Positions 1-12,425 of a stretch of 64,000 bases of DNA are shown piece after piece (the stretch's first letter is position 1; the number at the start of each line of letters is the position of its first letter). Position numbers and translations under genes: made by a program. Origin of the DNA: Octopus vulgaris (taxonomy: Eukaryota); contig OX597821.1 in assembly GCA_951406725.2 (NCBI GenBank), positions 43,338,001-43,402,000 of the forward strand, read 5' to 3'. A model generated the notes under the pieces. The model saw only the letters and a program-made list of their open reading frames with translations, did no database searches and was not told the origin of the DNA.

Positions 1-760
1 ACTTAATTTCATGAGGAGCATGTGAACTGGATGTCATATGTCTGGTCAGAAATCATGTTTGTAGAGGAGTTAGAATTTGTTTGGCTCTGATAACTATGTG
101 CATGTCCAATGTCATACAGGAGAAGAATTTCACCCAGGGTGCATTATTCTGAGTTTAACCATTTTGATACCAACTGACCTAAAAATTTCCTTGGTTTTAT
201 GACATAAAGTTCTTGATTGAAGTGATGCAATTAAAACCTCCCATCCAAATTTCATGCTAATTTAGGTTTCAAATAGCTGTTCAATAATGACAACATTATT
301 TGACTAAATTATTATTTTCAAAAGTAATTGGAAGAAAGACAGTATATTTCAACAGAAATATTGTAACAAGAGGGTTAAACAGGATGTTGGCAATGTAATG
401 GGTTGGAGTTGCATGTCTGGAAAAGGGTCAATCCTAACAACCAGATCAAGGGCATTACAAACAGTACAACTTGTTTAGAGGTCTTGGAGAAGACTATGAA
501 TTCATGAAGTAAGAGTGATGTGAGGTGGTATGGATTTTTCAGTATGGGAAATTTCTAAAGTAAGTTATAGAATGTAGTCTATAACTTCTGGTGTACTGAG
601 GGACGGTGCAGAAACAAGACAACAAATTGCATTGGGGAGATGGAATTTAGTATAGAGGAGTGAATAGGCAAACATTGGCAGGAGCTCAAAGAGGAGAAAA
701 GTTTGTCAGTGCTCTACCAACATGCTCAAGTAGAACATAGAGATTTAGTTAATAACATAG
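1..760 (+). mobile_element. Highly decayed Tc1-like transposase interrupted by a TTAA-bounded MITE (156-378)
   Basis: GNVMGWSCMS-like segment at ~385-420; TTAACC...GGGTTAA-bounded insert whose relatives recur at ~14170, 21620-21802, 29430 and 50100-50175. Confidence 0.4.
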
Positions 761-1516
761 AGGTTAAGGTATTACCAACACATACAACAGACATGACACT
801 TAGATTACAAAGGTCACACACATAGTAATAGACAGACAGAGCCTCAACAGAAAACATGAATGGAACAATAACACTCCACCATCACTGCCACCACACCAAG
901 CAAAACAACAACTAAAGAGAGCAGGGAGAAAAAAAAAGACACAAATACAAACAGTATAATACATATACATAAAAAAAAAGACATGCATATGCTTATGATG
1001 AAATAAGTAAACAAATGGAAAGATAGACAAGTAAACAAATGAAAAAAGACTATATGAAGGGCAAACAATATAGTAAGTAAACCCATATACACTCACAAAC
1101 ACATATATAAAACACATAGACATGTGTACACACTCACACACGTGCATGCACACACACACACACACACATTCACACACACATGCACAGATAAAGATAGACA
1201 TCATAGAAGCACAGAATGTACTAAACAGAACAGGAGGATACATGTGGATGGAACAGTTACTGAAGAAATCACAGATGTGTGACAAAAGACTTCCAGACAA
1301 TGAGCATAAGATAAAAAAAAACAACAATAAACGAGTGAAGAACAAATATATAATGTGTGTGTTTATTTGGGTTGGATGGTTTGAGAGGAGCTGACCAGGT
1401 AGAAGACTGTACCAGGCTACTGTGTCTGTTTTGGCATAGTTTTTACGGTTGGATGCACTTCCTAAAACCAACCACCCCATAGACAGGATTATATATATAT
1501 ATACATATATATATGT

Positions 1517-1547
<31 letters not shown>

Positions 1548-1667
1548 CATGCACGTGTGTGTGTATGTGTGTACACATGTCTATGTGTTTTATATATGTG
1601 TTTGTGGGTGTGTATGGGTTTACTTACTATATTGTTTGCCCTTCATATAGTCTTTTTTCATTTGTTT

Positions 1668-1985
1668 ACTCAGTGGTTAGAGTATCGGCCTCACAATCAT
1701 GAGGTAGTGAGTTCAGTTCCTGGACCAAGCTGAGTATTGGATTTTTGAGCAAGACATTTTATTTCACGTTGCTCCAGTTCACTTAGCTGTAGAAATGAGT
1801 TGTGACACTGCTGGTGCCAAGCTGTGTCAGCCTTTGCCTTTCCCTTGGATAACATCGTGGCATGGAGAGGAGAGGCTGGTCTGCAAGGGTAATTTCCATA
1901 AACAACCTTGCCTGGACTTGTGCCTCAGAGGGTAACTTTCTAGGTGCAATCCTGTGGTCATTCATGTCTGAAGAGGGTCCTCTCC
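1668..1985 (+). mobile_element. tRNA-derived SINE (another copy at 54017-54358)
   Basis: A-box/B-box-like head CAGTGGTTAGAG...GAGTTCAGTTCC, followed by a shared body TTGAGCAAGACA...GCTGTAGAAATGAGTTG. Confidence 0.75.
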
Positions 1986-1989
1986 TTGT

Positions 1990-2651
1990 GTGAGGGGAAG
2001 TCAAAAATTACCCACACTTTCGCCACAACATACCTTTATTATTGTCACACTGCTTTCTGCACATGTGTGCTTATAGTTGGTACAATTGTGGTAACATGAT
2101 GAAAGTTTGAGCTTGATCACACCATTTTTCTTTCTGGCTTTACAGTATAAGCATGGCCACTCCACTAGCAATGTGCACCAAAGAAGAACAAAGAGCAGTG
2201 ATCTGAGACATGATAATGGTGAACCAGTTCACCATTACCATCTCTCAAGCTTGCTGAATCTTCTCATCTGTGGTGGAGATTGATGGGTGCCCTGCTCCCT
2301 TTTCATGCAACACGCTTGTCCAGCCACTTTTAAACTTCGTAATCCACTCATACACTCTTCTATGTGGTAGTGCACTGTCCCTGTATTGTGCTAAAAGCTT
2401 CTGAAGAATTTCAGCACTTGACACACCTTGCAACCACAGAAGTCGGATCACTGCTCTTTGTTCTTCTTTGGTGCACATTGCTAATGGAATGCTTACACTG
2501 TAAAGCCAGAAAGAAAAATTGTGTGATCAGGCTCAAACTTCGATCCTGTGACCACAATAGTGCCAACTATAAGCACACATAAACAGAAAGTAGTGCAACA
2601 ATAATAAAGGTATGTTATGGTGAAAGTGCAGATAATTTTTGACTATTCCTC

Positions 2652-2652
<1 letters not shown>
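1990..2652. mobile_element. Fold-back mariner derivative made of two inverted 5' ends
   Basis: ~1990-2205 and ~2445-2652 are inverted copies including the MCTKEEQRAVI start. Internal HTH fragment on the - strand. Same family as 46294-47313. Confidence 0.8.
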
Positions 2653-2701
<49 letters not shown>

Positions 2702-2703
2702 TA

Positions 2704-2796
2704 TTTAGGGTATCTAAGAGATACTACCACACTGGAAATAGCAACCAAAACTTGGCTGCTATTTCCAGCATGGTGGTATCTCTTAGATACCCTAAA
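2704..2796. repeat. Inverted repeat, 45-bp arms, 3-nt loop
   Basis: 4 mismatches, all transitions. Confidence 0.95.
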
Positions 2797-2918
2797 TTAT
2801 AATTTTAATAATAATTATTACCTTTGAAGCTTTTTATTCCCATGCTGGCCACTTGATAAGATTGATATTTAAATAACGACCTTATCCTTATTTATATAAA
2901 TTTATATGTGTGTATATA

Positions 2919-3314
<396 letters not shown>

Positions 3315-3995
3315 ATATATATGATATATATATATATATACACATCATGATGATGATGATGATGATATATATATATATATATCATCATCATCATCATCAT
3401 CATCATCGTTTAATGTCCGTTCTCCATGCTAGCATGGGTTGGACGGTTCGACCGGGGATCTGGGAAGCCAGAAGGCTGTACCAGGCTCCGGTCTTATCTG
3501 GCAATGTTTCTACAGCTGGATGCCCTTCCTAACGCCAATGCCCTTCCTAACGCCACATATATATATATATACATTTTGGTTTTTTGCTGAGATTTGTCTT
3601 GAGAACACATTCTTCGTGGTAATGGCGATTTGTCATCTATGTTTAGCATATAAGCTGTCCACTTCTTGTGGTCAGTCCTCTAAATTTTGTATATATATAT
3701 ATATATATATGCATATATACACTTATATATATGGTAGACTCATCATAAACAATAACTTATACTGGTGCATTGTGTGCCATACATCAGATCTTGAAGTGAT
3801 CGCAGAACAACATGAAATGAAGTGGTTTACTCTTGGACACAATGCACTGCTCAGTGTAGGAATTGAAACCATTATCTTGTGATCATGAGCACAACACTTT
3901 AACCAGTAGGCCACATACATTTACACACACACACACTCACATGCACACACATGTTTGTGTGAGTACGTATGTATTTGTGTGTGTGGATATATATA

Positions 3996-4812
3996 CCGTA
4001 ATTCCTCAACTATCGCAGGTGTTACTTTCCAAAACCTCTTCCAATAGGTGAAAAGTAGAAACAGCGCTGTACTGTATATTTTTAAAAATTATTTTCATAA
4101 TTTGTATATATATATATTATTGTAAATGCAAAACAATACCATGGAGGAATTGACATATGCTTAAATAATAAACTGTGACAGGTGAACTGTGATAGGTGAA
4201 CTGTGATAGATGAACCATGATAGGTGAACTACGATAGGTGAACTGTGATAGGTGAACGGTCATAGGTGAACTGTGATAGGTGAACTGCAATAAGTGAACC
4301 GTGATAGGTGAATTGCAATAAGTGAACCATGATAGGTGAACTGTGATAGATGAACCATGACAGGTGAACTGCGATAGGTGAACTGTGATAGGTGAACAGT
4401 GATAGGTGAACTGTGATAGGTGAACTGCAATAAGTGAACCGTGATAGGTGAACTGCGATATGTGAACCGTGATAGGTGAACTGCAATAAGTGAACCATGA
4501 TAGGTGAACTGCAATAAGTGAACCATGGTAGGTGAACTGCAATAAGTGAACCATGATAGGTGAACTGTGATAGGTGAACTGCAATAAGTGAACCGTGATA
4601 GGTGAACTGCAATAAGTGAACCATGATAGGTGAACTTCAATAAGTGATTCGTGATAGGTGAACTGTAATAAGTGAACCATGATAGGTGAACTGCAATAAG
4701 TGAACCATGATAGATGAACTGCAATAAGTGAACCGTGATAGGTCAACTGTGACAGGTGAACTGTGATAGGTGAACTGCGATAGGTGAACTATGATGTAGT
4801 GAGGGATTACTG
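3996..4812. mobile_element. Tigger/pogo-like MITE with expanded internal minisatellite
   Basis: TA-flanked TIRs CCGTAATTCCTC and GAGGGATTACTG. Confidence 0.7.
4172..4795. repeat. 14-bp minisatellite (~44 units), consensus GATAGGTGAACTGy / AATAAGTGAACCrT
   Basis: Directly visible tandem array; source of the VHL/QFTY pseudo-ORFs. Confidence 0.95.
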
Positions 4813-6193
4813 TATATATACAAACTTAACCTACCCATATGGTGTGTAATGATCAAATATATGTCTGTACACACATGTCTCTGTATACATGGACACAATT
4901 TATATGCCATTTGTAGTTGCCAGTCTTTCCCCACCATCTGTACATATGCACATGTTTGTGTTTATTAACTCATGATATAATTTGTTTTACTATTTAGGCC
5001 TTGTAGAGTCATAACAATGTCTGCTGTTTGTATTGTGTTGTCAATAATGGCGTGTGAGAAATACGCAGCAAATATGCTTCCAGATCAATAATGGTTTTCT
5101 TATTATAAATATATGGTTCACCTGAAAATTCAATCAGACTTTGAAATCTCAGTCACCAATCACTTGATCACAGTTTCGGTAAAAAGAAAAATAATAAATA
5201 AATAAATCCCTTAGTCAGGACTGAAATGATTTTTCTGTTACAAGTAATTATCTTTGGCTGAGTGGTTAAAGAATCTTGCTTTCCAACCACATGGTTTCAG
5301 GTTCAATCCCACTGGACTGACCAAAGCCTTGTGAGTAATCTGTTAGACAGAAACTGTGTTTTATAAGTGAGTGTGTGTACCTGTGTGTGTATGTGTGTTA
5401 GTATGTGTGTTAGTATGTGTGTTAGTATGTGTGTTAGTATGTGTGTTATGTGTGTTAGTATGTGTGTGTGTGTATGTGTGTGTGTATGTAGATGTGTCCT
5501 TGTTTTGGTATTCTGTGACAATGATCCTCATCATCATTTAGCGTCTGCTTTCCATGCTGGCATGGGTTAGACGGTTTGACTGAAACTAGTAAGCTGGAGA
5601 GCTGAACCAGGTTCTAATCTAATTTGCATGGTTTCTGTGGTGGGATGCTCTTCCTAATGCCAACCACTCCAAGAGTGTAATGGGTCCTTTTTACATGCCA
5701 CTGGCATGGGTGCCAGTTACATGACACCGACATCGGTCACAAGTACTGGCTTGACAAGTCTTCCCAAGCACAACGTATTGCCAAAGGTCTTGGTCACTTA
5801 TTGCCTTTGTGATGGTTGTAAATAAGCATCAGTCATACAAATGATGTTTGTTTTCAGTCTTCCATGGAAAGCATCTCTGACCAAGGGGAAATATTACCTT
5901 GTTAAGAAATAGGTATGTGTTGGCCACAGAACAGGCACTCTACCCGAGAAAATCTGTTTAAATGAAGTTCATCTGATCCATGCAAGCAAAGACAGGAGCA
6001 TTAGCATGTCAGGCAAAATGCTTAGCGGCACTTTCGTCCATCTTTATGTTCTGAGTTCAAATTCCACTGAGGTTGACTTAGCCTTTCATCCTTTTGGGAT
6101 CAATAAAATAAGCACCAGTTAAACTCTGGCATTGATGTAATTGACTTATCCCTCCCCCGAAATTGCTGGCCTTGTGCCAAGATTTGAAAGTTA

Positions 6194-6320
6194 CATTTAG
6201 CAGAAATGACAGAGTGACTCAAGGGCCAAAAGCCTTGTGCAGTGGCACTTATCAAACTTTGTTAAGTGCTAATGCATGAGGCTCTCAGCCCTCAAGTCAC
6301 TGTGTTGCTTCTGCTAAATG
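6194..6320. mobile_element. Small fully palindromic MITE
   Basis: TA-CATTTAGCAGAA...TTCTGCTAAATG-TA, with arms complementary through to a short central loop. Confidence 0.7.
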
Positions 6321-6349
6321 TATATATAATCATATATATATATATATAT

Positions 6350-6900
6350 ATAATTCCAAGAAAGTAAGAGGTTGTGAATCCAACCAACTAAGGGATAATA
6401 TCTATCCAATATACTGCTGGTAGAATACCCAATTATTAATACACAAGTATTTTTTCATTGCATGGCAATTACATTACCGAGTGTAATAAATGAGTGAGGG
6501 TAAAAAGTTATTTTATCATTAATTTATAGAGCAATAAGAAAATGGAGGGGATCAATAGGTGGTATTCAACAGCTATGTCAATTTATTTATTTACTAAAAG
6601 GACAATTATAACTATATACATACATGTATAACATCATATGCTTTACATAAATAATATATAAAATATTAAAATATCAGTAATTATTAAAATATAACATAGA
6701 GCAATAGAAATTGGGATAATATCTTACAGCTGTTTCAGTCAAGAGGCAATAATACCTCATTCTACTTTTATCCTTCCAGTGGACTGAAGTAATTAGTAGA
6801 TGAAATTGAGGTGCTTGGGTGTTTCTCTAGGCTTCGTCAGAGATTTTAGAAAGTACATAAGGTTAAGTTATAAATATAAATATAACTATACACATATACA
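6350..6900 (-). mobile_element. Probable Penelope-like pLTR/non-coding remnant within TA-rich microsatellite
   Basis: Contains the hammerhead and is bounded by (TA)n-rich tracts. Boundaries approximate. Confidence 0.4.
6718..6847 (-). ncRNA. Type I hammerhead ribozyme, Penelope/retrozyme-like
   Basis: Minus strand reads AAAATCT-CTGACGA-[AGCCTAGAG...CTCTTGACT]-GAAA-CAGCTG-TA-AGATATT: intact core boxes, palindromic stem III (ACAGCTGT), GUA cleavage triplet at 6727-6725, and stem I ATCT/AGAT. Confidence 0.7.
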
Positions 6901-7006
6901 CATACTTTTACATATACATATACATAAATATACATAAATACATATATCTACACTTAAATGTAGAAGCATATGTGTATGTATATGCATACAAATGAATCAA
7001 TTATTA

Positions 7007-7063
<57 letters not shown>

Positions 7064-7232
7064 GATGCATTATATTATTCATATTAGATAAAATATAAAC
7101 AGAGGTATGAGAAAGTTATTATTAGAGGAGTAATATTGTAATTTATAAACTCAATATATCTTAAGAGAATTTTAGTTATGTAAGAATGAAATTGTATATA
7201 CATGAGGAATACACACATATACATACACATAT

Positions 7233-7287
<55 letters not shown>

Positions 7288-7408
7288 AACATACATATAT
7301 ATTTCCGTACAAACATACTCATAGGTACATATATATTAGATGTGTTTAGAAGGGAGGATTAATGCATCAGTTTGTATCATTATAATTATATAATATAATT
7401 ATATAATA

Positions 7409-7837
7409 CTAGCAGCATAGCCCGGCGTTGCCCGGGTATGTAAGAGCCCCTAGTAGGCAACGACTAATCCCAATCTAGTCATTTCCCTCTAGGGAACGAA
7501 GGCGCATGTGTAGGTTGCAATGTCTTCTCTTCACTCGAATACTTCTGTGTATACGATGTTCCTAGCTGTCCCTAGCTGTCGAGTTGTGTCCCCTAGACAG
7601 AAAATGTGTTGCATATAAAAAGCTTAGATTCTCGACCCCATGTCGAATTTATCGATTTTTTTCAGAACTGGGGGAACTTTTCAAAATTTTCGCTGCGTTA
7701 GTTTTGAATTATGACATTGGGCTATGTGTGTGTCAAGTTTCATCAGAATCGGTTGAAAGCCGTGGTCAGGATGAGGGTACAACCTGACAGACACACAGAC
7801 ACACAGACAGACAAACTGCCGTTTATATATAGAGAGA
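7409..7837 (-). mobile_element. Non-autonomous Helitron
   Basis: 5' TCTCTCTATATATAAA, 3' hairpin CCCGGGCAACGCCGGG plus terminal CTAG, inserted between A and T. Confidence 0.8.
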
Positions 7838-8811
7838 TGATTATAACAATAATACACAAACATATATATATATTCATATAAACGTGTAATATGTTTATTT
7901 TTTCGTTATTTTTTGCTTATGGAGTAGTTGAAATCCTGCAGGAAGTGGGGAAGGGGTTATTTTTGTTCAGTCGTGTAACCTAATTGGTCATCTATTGTTT
8001 TGAAAGGCCTTGACTTTGTTATGGTTGGTTAATTGATAACCGATAACATAAAACAAATCAGGCAAATATATATATATATATATATATAACAGCCAAAATT
8101 TGCAATGATGAATCGGTTTCTGACTGAAGAATGAAGGCTTTGAATGACCCGTCTGTTTTTTATGTTCGTCCCTTCATGTATTTCACGTTATTTATATTTA
8201 TATATGTAAAGTTTTATTATATATATACATATATATATATATCATCATCATCATCATCATCATCGTTTAACGTCCGTTCTCCATGCTAGCATGGGTTGGA
8301 TGGTTTGACCGGGGATCTGGGAAGCCAGAAGGCTGCACCAGGCTCCGGTCTTATCTGCCAGTGTTTCTACAGCTGGATGCCCTTCCTAACGCCAACCACT
8401 CTGTGAGTGTAGTGGGTGCTTTTTACATGCCACCTGCACAGGTGCCAGGCGAGGCTGGCAACGGCCACGGTCGGATGGTGCATTTTACGTGCCACCGGCA
8501 CGGAAGCCAGTCGAGGCGGCACTGGCATCGGCCACGATTCGGATGGTATACATATATATATATTTATTTTTTATTTTTTTATTCTTTTATTTGTTTCAGT
8601 CATTTGACTGCGGCCATGCTGGAGCACCACTTTAAAGGGCTTTAGTTGCAAGAATTGATCTCAGGACTTATAATTTGTAAGTCTAGTACTTATTTTATAA
8701 GTCTCTTTTGCCAAACTGCCAAGTTACAATGATGTAAACACATCAACACCAGTTGTCAAGTGGTGATGGGGGCAGAGGACAAATACAGACACAAAGACCA
8801 CACATACATAA

Positions 8812-8847
<36 letters not shown>

Positions 8848-8858
<11 letters not shown>

Positions 8859-9355
8859 TGTAGTTGTGTGAGTGTCTGTCCCCTTCGATTTAGATTCCTA
8901 ACTACTCCCACATTTTGTGGTGCAGTTTAACCAAATTCGGGTATCTTATAGTCGTGATTCATATCGAGCCCATCTGAGTATTAGCGCGCATCTACGATGA
9001 GTCTACGATTTTAAAAATAATTTAACATCATTTTTTATTCCATTTTAATGCATAATTTTTCGTGTGTCGATGGCGGCGGAGTTGGCGTCCATGGTCACAT
9101 CTGCACCTGTTTGCTTCTCCCCCTTCTTCCCTCCCTCGTGAAGCTGTGGGGAAGGGAGTGTAAGGAAATCAACGTTGTAAAGCGTTGTCAAGGAGACCAG
9201 CGTTCTTTTAGAACAACGACTTCATGGCTTGAAGACACCAAAACAGAAATGGCTAAGAAAGCCCAAATTGGCATCTATAAGGGAAGTAACTCTCTGAAAA
9301 TGCTTATATAGTTATTTCCCTTACAAACCCGAGCAACGCCGGGCAATACTGCTAG
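8848..9355 (+). mobile_element. Non-autonomous Helitron
   Basis: 3' hairpin CCCGAGCAACGCCGGG followed by CTAG|T; 5' end lies within (TA)n. Confidence 0.75.
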
Positions 9356-10325
9356 TATATATATATATATATATATATATACAACATTTCCGTCGACCAA
9401 ATCCACTCACAAGTCTTTGGTAGCCCTAAGGCTGTAGTAGAAGATACTTACCTAAAGTGCCATGCAGTGGGACTGAACTTGAAACCATGTCATTGGGAAG
9501 CAAGCTTCTCACCACACAGCCACACCGGCATCTATACACACACATATATATGTATACACATATATGTATGTAACTAAGTTTTATGCAGACACTCTTTTGC
9601 TTTTATACTTGTACTCATTTAAGTTATATATGCTACCAAAACCATAACCATTAAATTTGTTGTTCTGAGAAGTGGTACCCTACATAATCAGACTTATTAA
9701 CCACATTCATTATAACTATGGTGTTTCATTTCTCCTCTCACCCCCTTGATGCTAATTTGCAATCATTACTGATGATTTTATACTACCTCTATTATTATCA
9801 AACCATTAATTATATCCAGTTATCATAGCATTTCTATCCTTGTTCAATCATTTCTGATATGTTCAATCATATCTTATGCCACACTGGATGTCTTTGATTT
9901 TCTCTGCAACATATTAATCAAGGAAATTTATACAAGTTTATTTAAGAACAATTGTGAGAGAATTTATGGCACACGGATCTTGCTAAAGAAAGAAATTAGA
10001 ACTAATTATTTTGCTACAAGTGATACAGTTATAGATATGGCTGTGTGGTTAAGAAGTTTACTTCACAACTATGTTGTTTTGAGTTCTGTCCCACTGTACA
10101 ACATCTTGATCTAGTGACTTTTGGTATAGTCATGGGCCAACAAAAGCCTTGTAAGCATAGAAGACTGACGTGGTTGGCGTTAGGAAGGGCATCCAGCTGT
10201 AGAAACACTGTCAGATCAGACTGGAACCTGGTGCAGCCCCTGGCTTCCCAGACCCCGGTCGAACCGTCCAACCCGTGCTAGTGCGGAAAACGGACGTTAA
10301 ACGATGATGATGATGATAATGATGA

Positions 10326-10373
<48 letters not shown>

Positions 10374-10397
10374 ATACATACATACCTGACATACATA

Positions 10398-10887
10398 TAT
10401 GATGCCTTAAGTAGAAATAACTACAGAGGTACCAAATTGTTGGATCAGGTGATGAAAGTTACAGAGAGAGTCATAGCCCAACTAATGATGCAGTTTGGTT
10501 TTGTGCCAGGGAGAAGCGCCACTGATGCTATATTTCTGTTAAGACAGCTGCAGGAGAAATACCTAGCCAAAGATAAACCTCTGTACTTGGCTTTTGTTGA
10601 CTTGGATAAAGCCTTTGACAGGGTCCCCAAATCCCTTATCTGGTGGTCGATGCAGAAACTAGAGATAGATGAATGGTTAGTGAGGGCTGTACAAGCTATA
10701 TACAGGGATGATACCAGTAAGGTGAGGGTTGGCAATGAGTACAGTGAAGAATTCAGAGTACAAGTAGGGGTTCACCAAAGATCAGTGCTCAGCCCCATCT
10801 TATTCATCATAGTCCTTCAGGCAATAACAGAAGAATTTAAGACAGGCTGCCCCTGAGAGCTCCTCTGTGCTGATGACTTTGCTCTTA
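10398..10887 (+). mobile_element. RTE LINE reverse transcriptase fragment (same family as 16003-17737)
   Basis: NYRGTKLL, QFGFVPGRSATDAIF, FVDLDKAFDRVP and GVHQRSVLSP motifs; premature stop at 10854. Confidence 0.88.
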
Positions 10888-11718
10888 CAGAGTTTAATGA
10901 CTACCTCAAGAACCCAGTTACCACAAAAACTGTTCGCTGGGAGTTGCACAAAACTGGATCTCACGGGAGGTCTGCAATCAGAAAACCACTACTTTCAAAA
11001 ACAAACATTGCAAAGCATTTAGAGTGGAGTAAAAAGCTACAGAATTGGTCCCTAGAGCAGTGGAAGAATGTTATTTTCTCAAACAAGTCATCCTTTACCT
11101 TATTTCTGACCACTGGCTGATTATACACGTGGAGAGAGCCAAAAGAAGCATTTGATCCAGACTGCTTTCTTCCAACTGTTAAACACAGAGGAGGATCTGT
11201 GATGATCTGGGGGACTATATCTTGGAAATTGCCAACCCAGTGCTTTCCATTCATGGCAGAATTAATAGTCAAGGCTATTTAAGTATTTTATCTGATCAAA
11301 TTCATCCTTTGGTTGCAGAACTATTTCCAGAGGGAAATGCAATCTTTCAAGATGATAATGCACCAATTCAACCAGTGAAAGTTGTTACTGAATGGCACAA
11401 AGAACATTCTAGTGAAGTTGAACATCTTATCTGGCCACCACAGTCCCAAATATTATTGAACATTTATGGTGCATTTTAGAAAAACAAGTAAGGAGTCAAT
11501 ATCCTCCACCATCATCCTCCACCATCATCACTACAAGAACTGGAAACTGTTTTAGCTGAAGAATGGACAAAAATCCCTTTGGAAACAAATTCAAACTTTA
11601 TACAAGTCCATTCCTTGTAGAATTCAAGCTGTAATTACTGCCAAAGGTGGTCCTACCCCATATCAAAATAAATTTGTTTGAAATTTTAAGGTGTTTCCAT
11701 TATTTTGACCAACCCCTG
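10888..11718 (+). mobile_element. Tc1-like transposase remnant with right TIR
   Basis: WKNVIFS, PTVKHRGGSVMIWG, FQDDNAP and WPPQS motifs; ends ...CCAACCCCTG|TA. Confidence 0.85.
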
Positions 11719-11895
11719 TATATGTATATATAGCATCATACTTAATGGAAATACATCATTGAAAGGCAATTTGCTATAGTATTGTTCAGAGATAACATCT
11801 CTTAGGAACAAATTGCCTTTCAACTTTCAACAATATATTTACATTGGGTATGATCCAAAGATGGCTATATTAATTTAATACTGCTTCTATTGCAT

Positions 11896-11932
<37 letters not shown>

Positions 11933-12425
11933 GCACAAACACACACATACACATACACATACATGCACACACATACACACATGCACATATATGAAACACA
12001 CACACATATGCGCACATATATACATATACATACATGCATACATATGAAAAAAACAAACTTACAAACACTTTTAATACCACAACTCAGATAGTCTATCAAT
12101 AAAGCTTTCATTATTGTCTCAGTGAATATTGATTCGGTCAGATGGTTAAACTGGTTACTAAATTTCATTTGTTTGTTTGATATATCAAACAAAAATCTAT
12201 TCTCTCAAGTTAAAGCTAAAGGCTCATCATTGTGTTGATGTAGATGATAACTGCTCATCATCCTGTCTTTATAAAAGATGCTTATATAAGATTTTGTTGA
12301 CAAGAAGAATACACTGTAGCCATTATAATTTCTTCTGAGAACACACCCAAGGTCTGATACTGTCCTTATCTGACATAGGTAAATCTATGTTGTGGACATA
12401 CAAACTTGGCATATTTGGAGACATA

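Noticed and set aside
800-1733. 258-aa hydrophobic ORF and other HT/YI/CV-rich ORFs across the window
   Set aside because: Translations of (CA)n/(TA)n microsatellites and AT-rich DNA.
4117-4746. Repeat-protein ORFs, or CRISPR-like array
   Set aside because: Pure 14-bp tandem array without unique spacers; open in three frames only because the unit lacks stops on that strand; eukaryotic MITE context.
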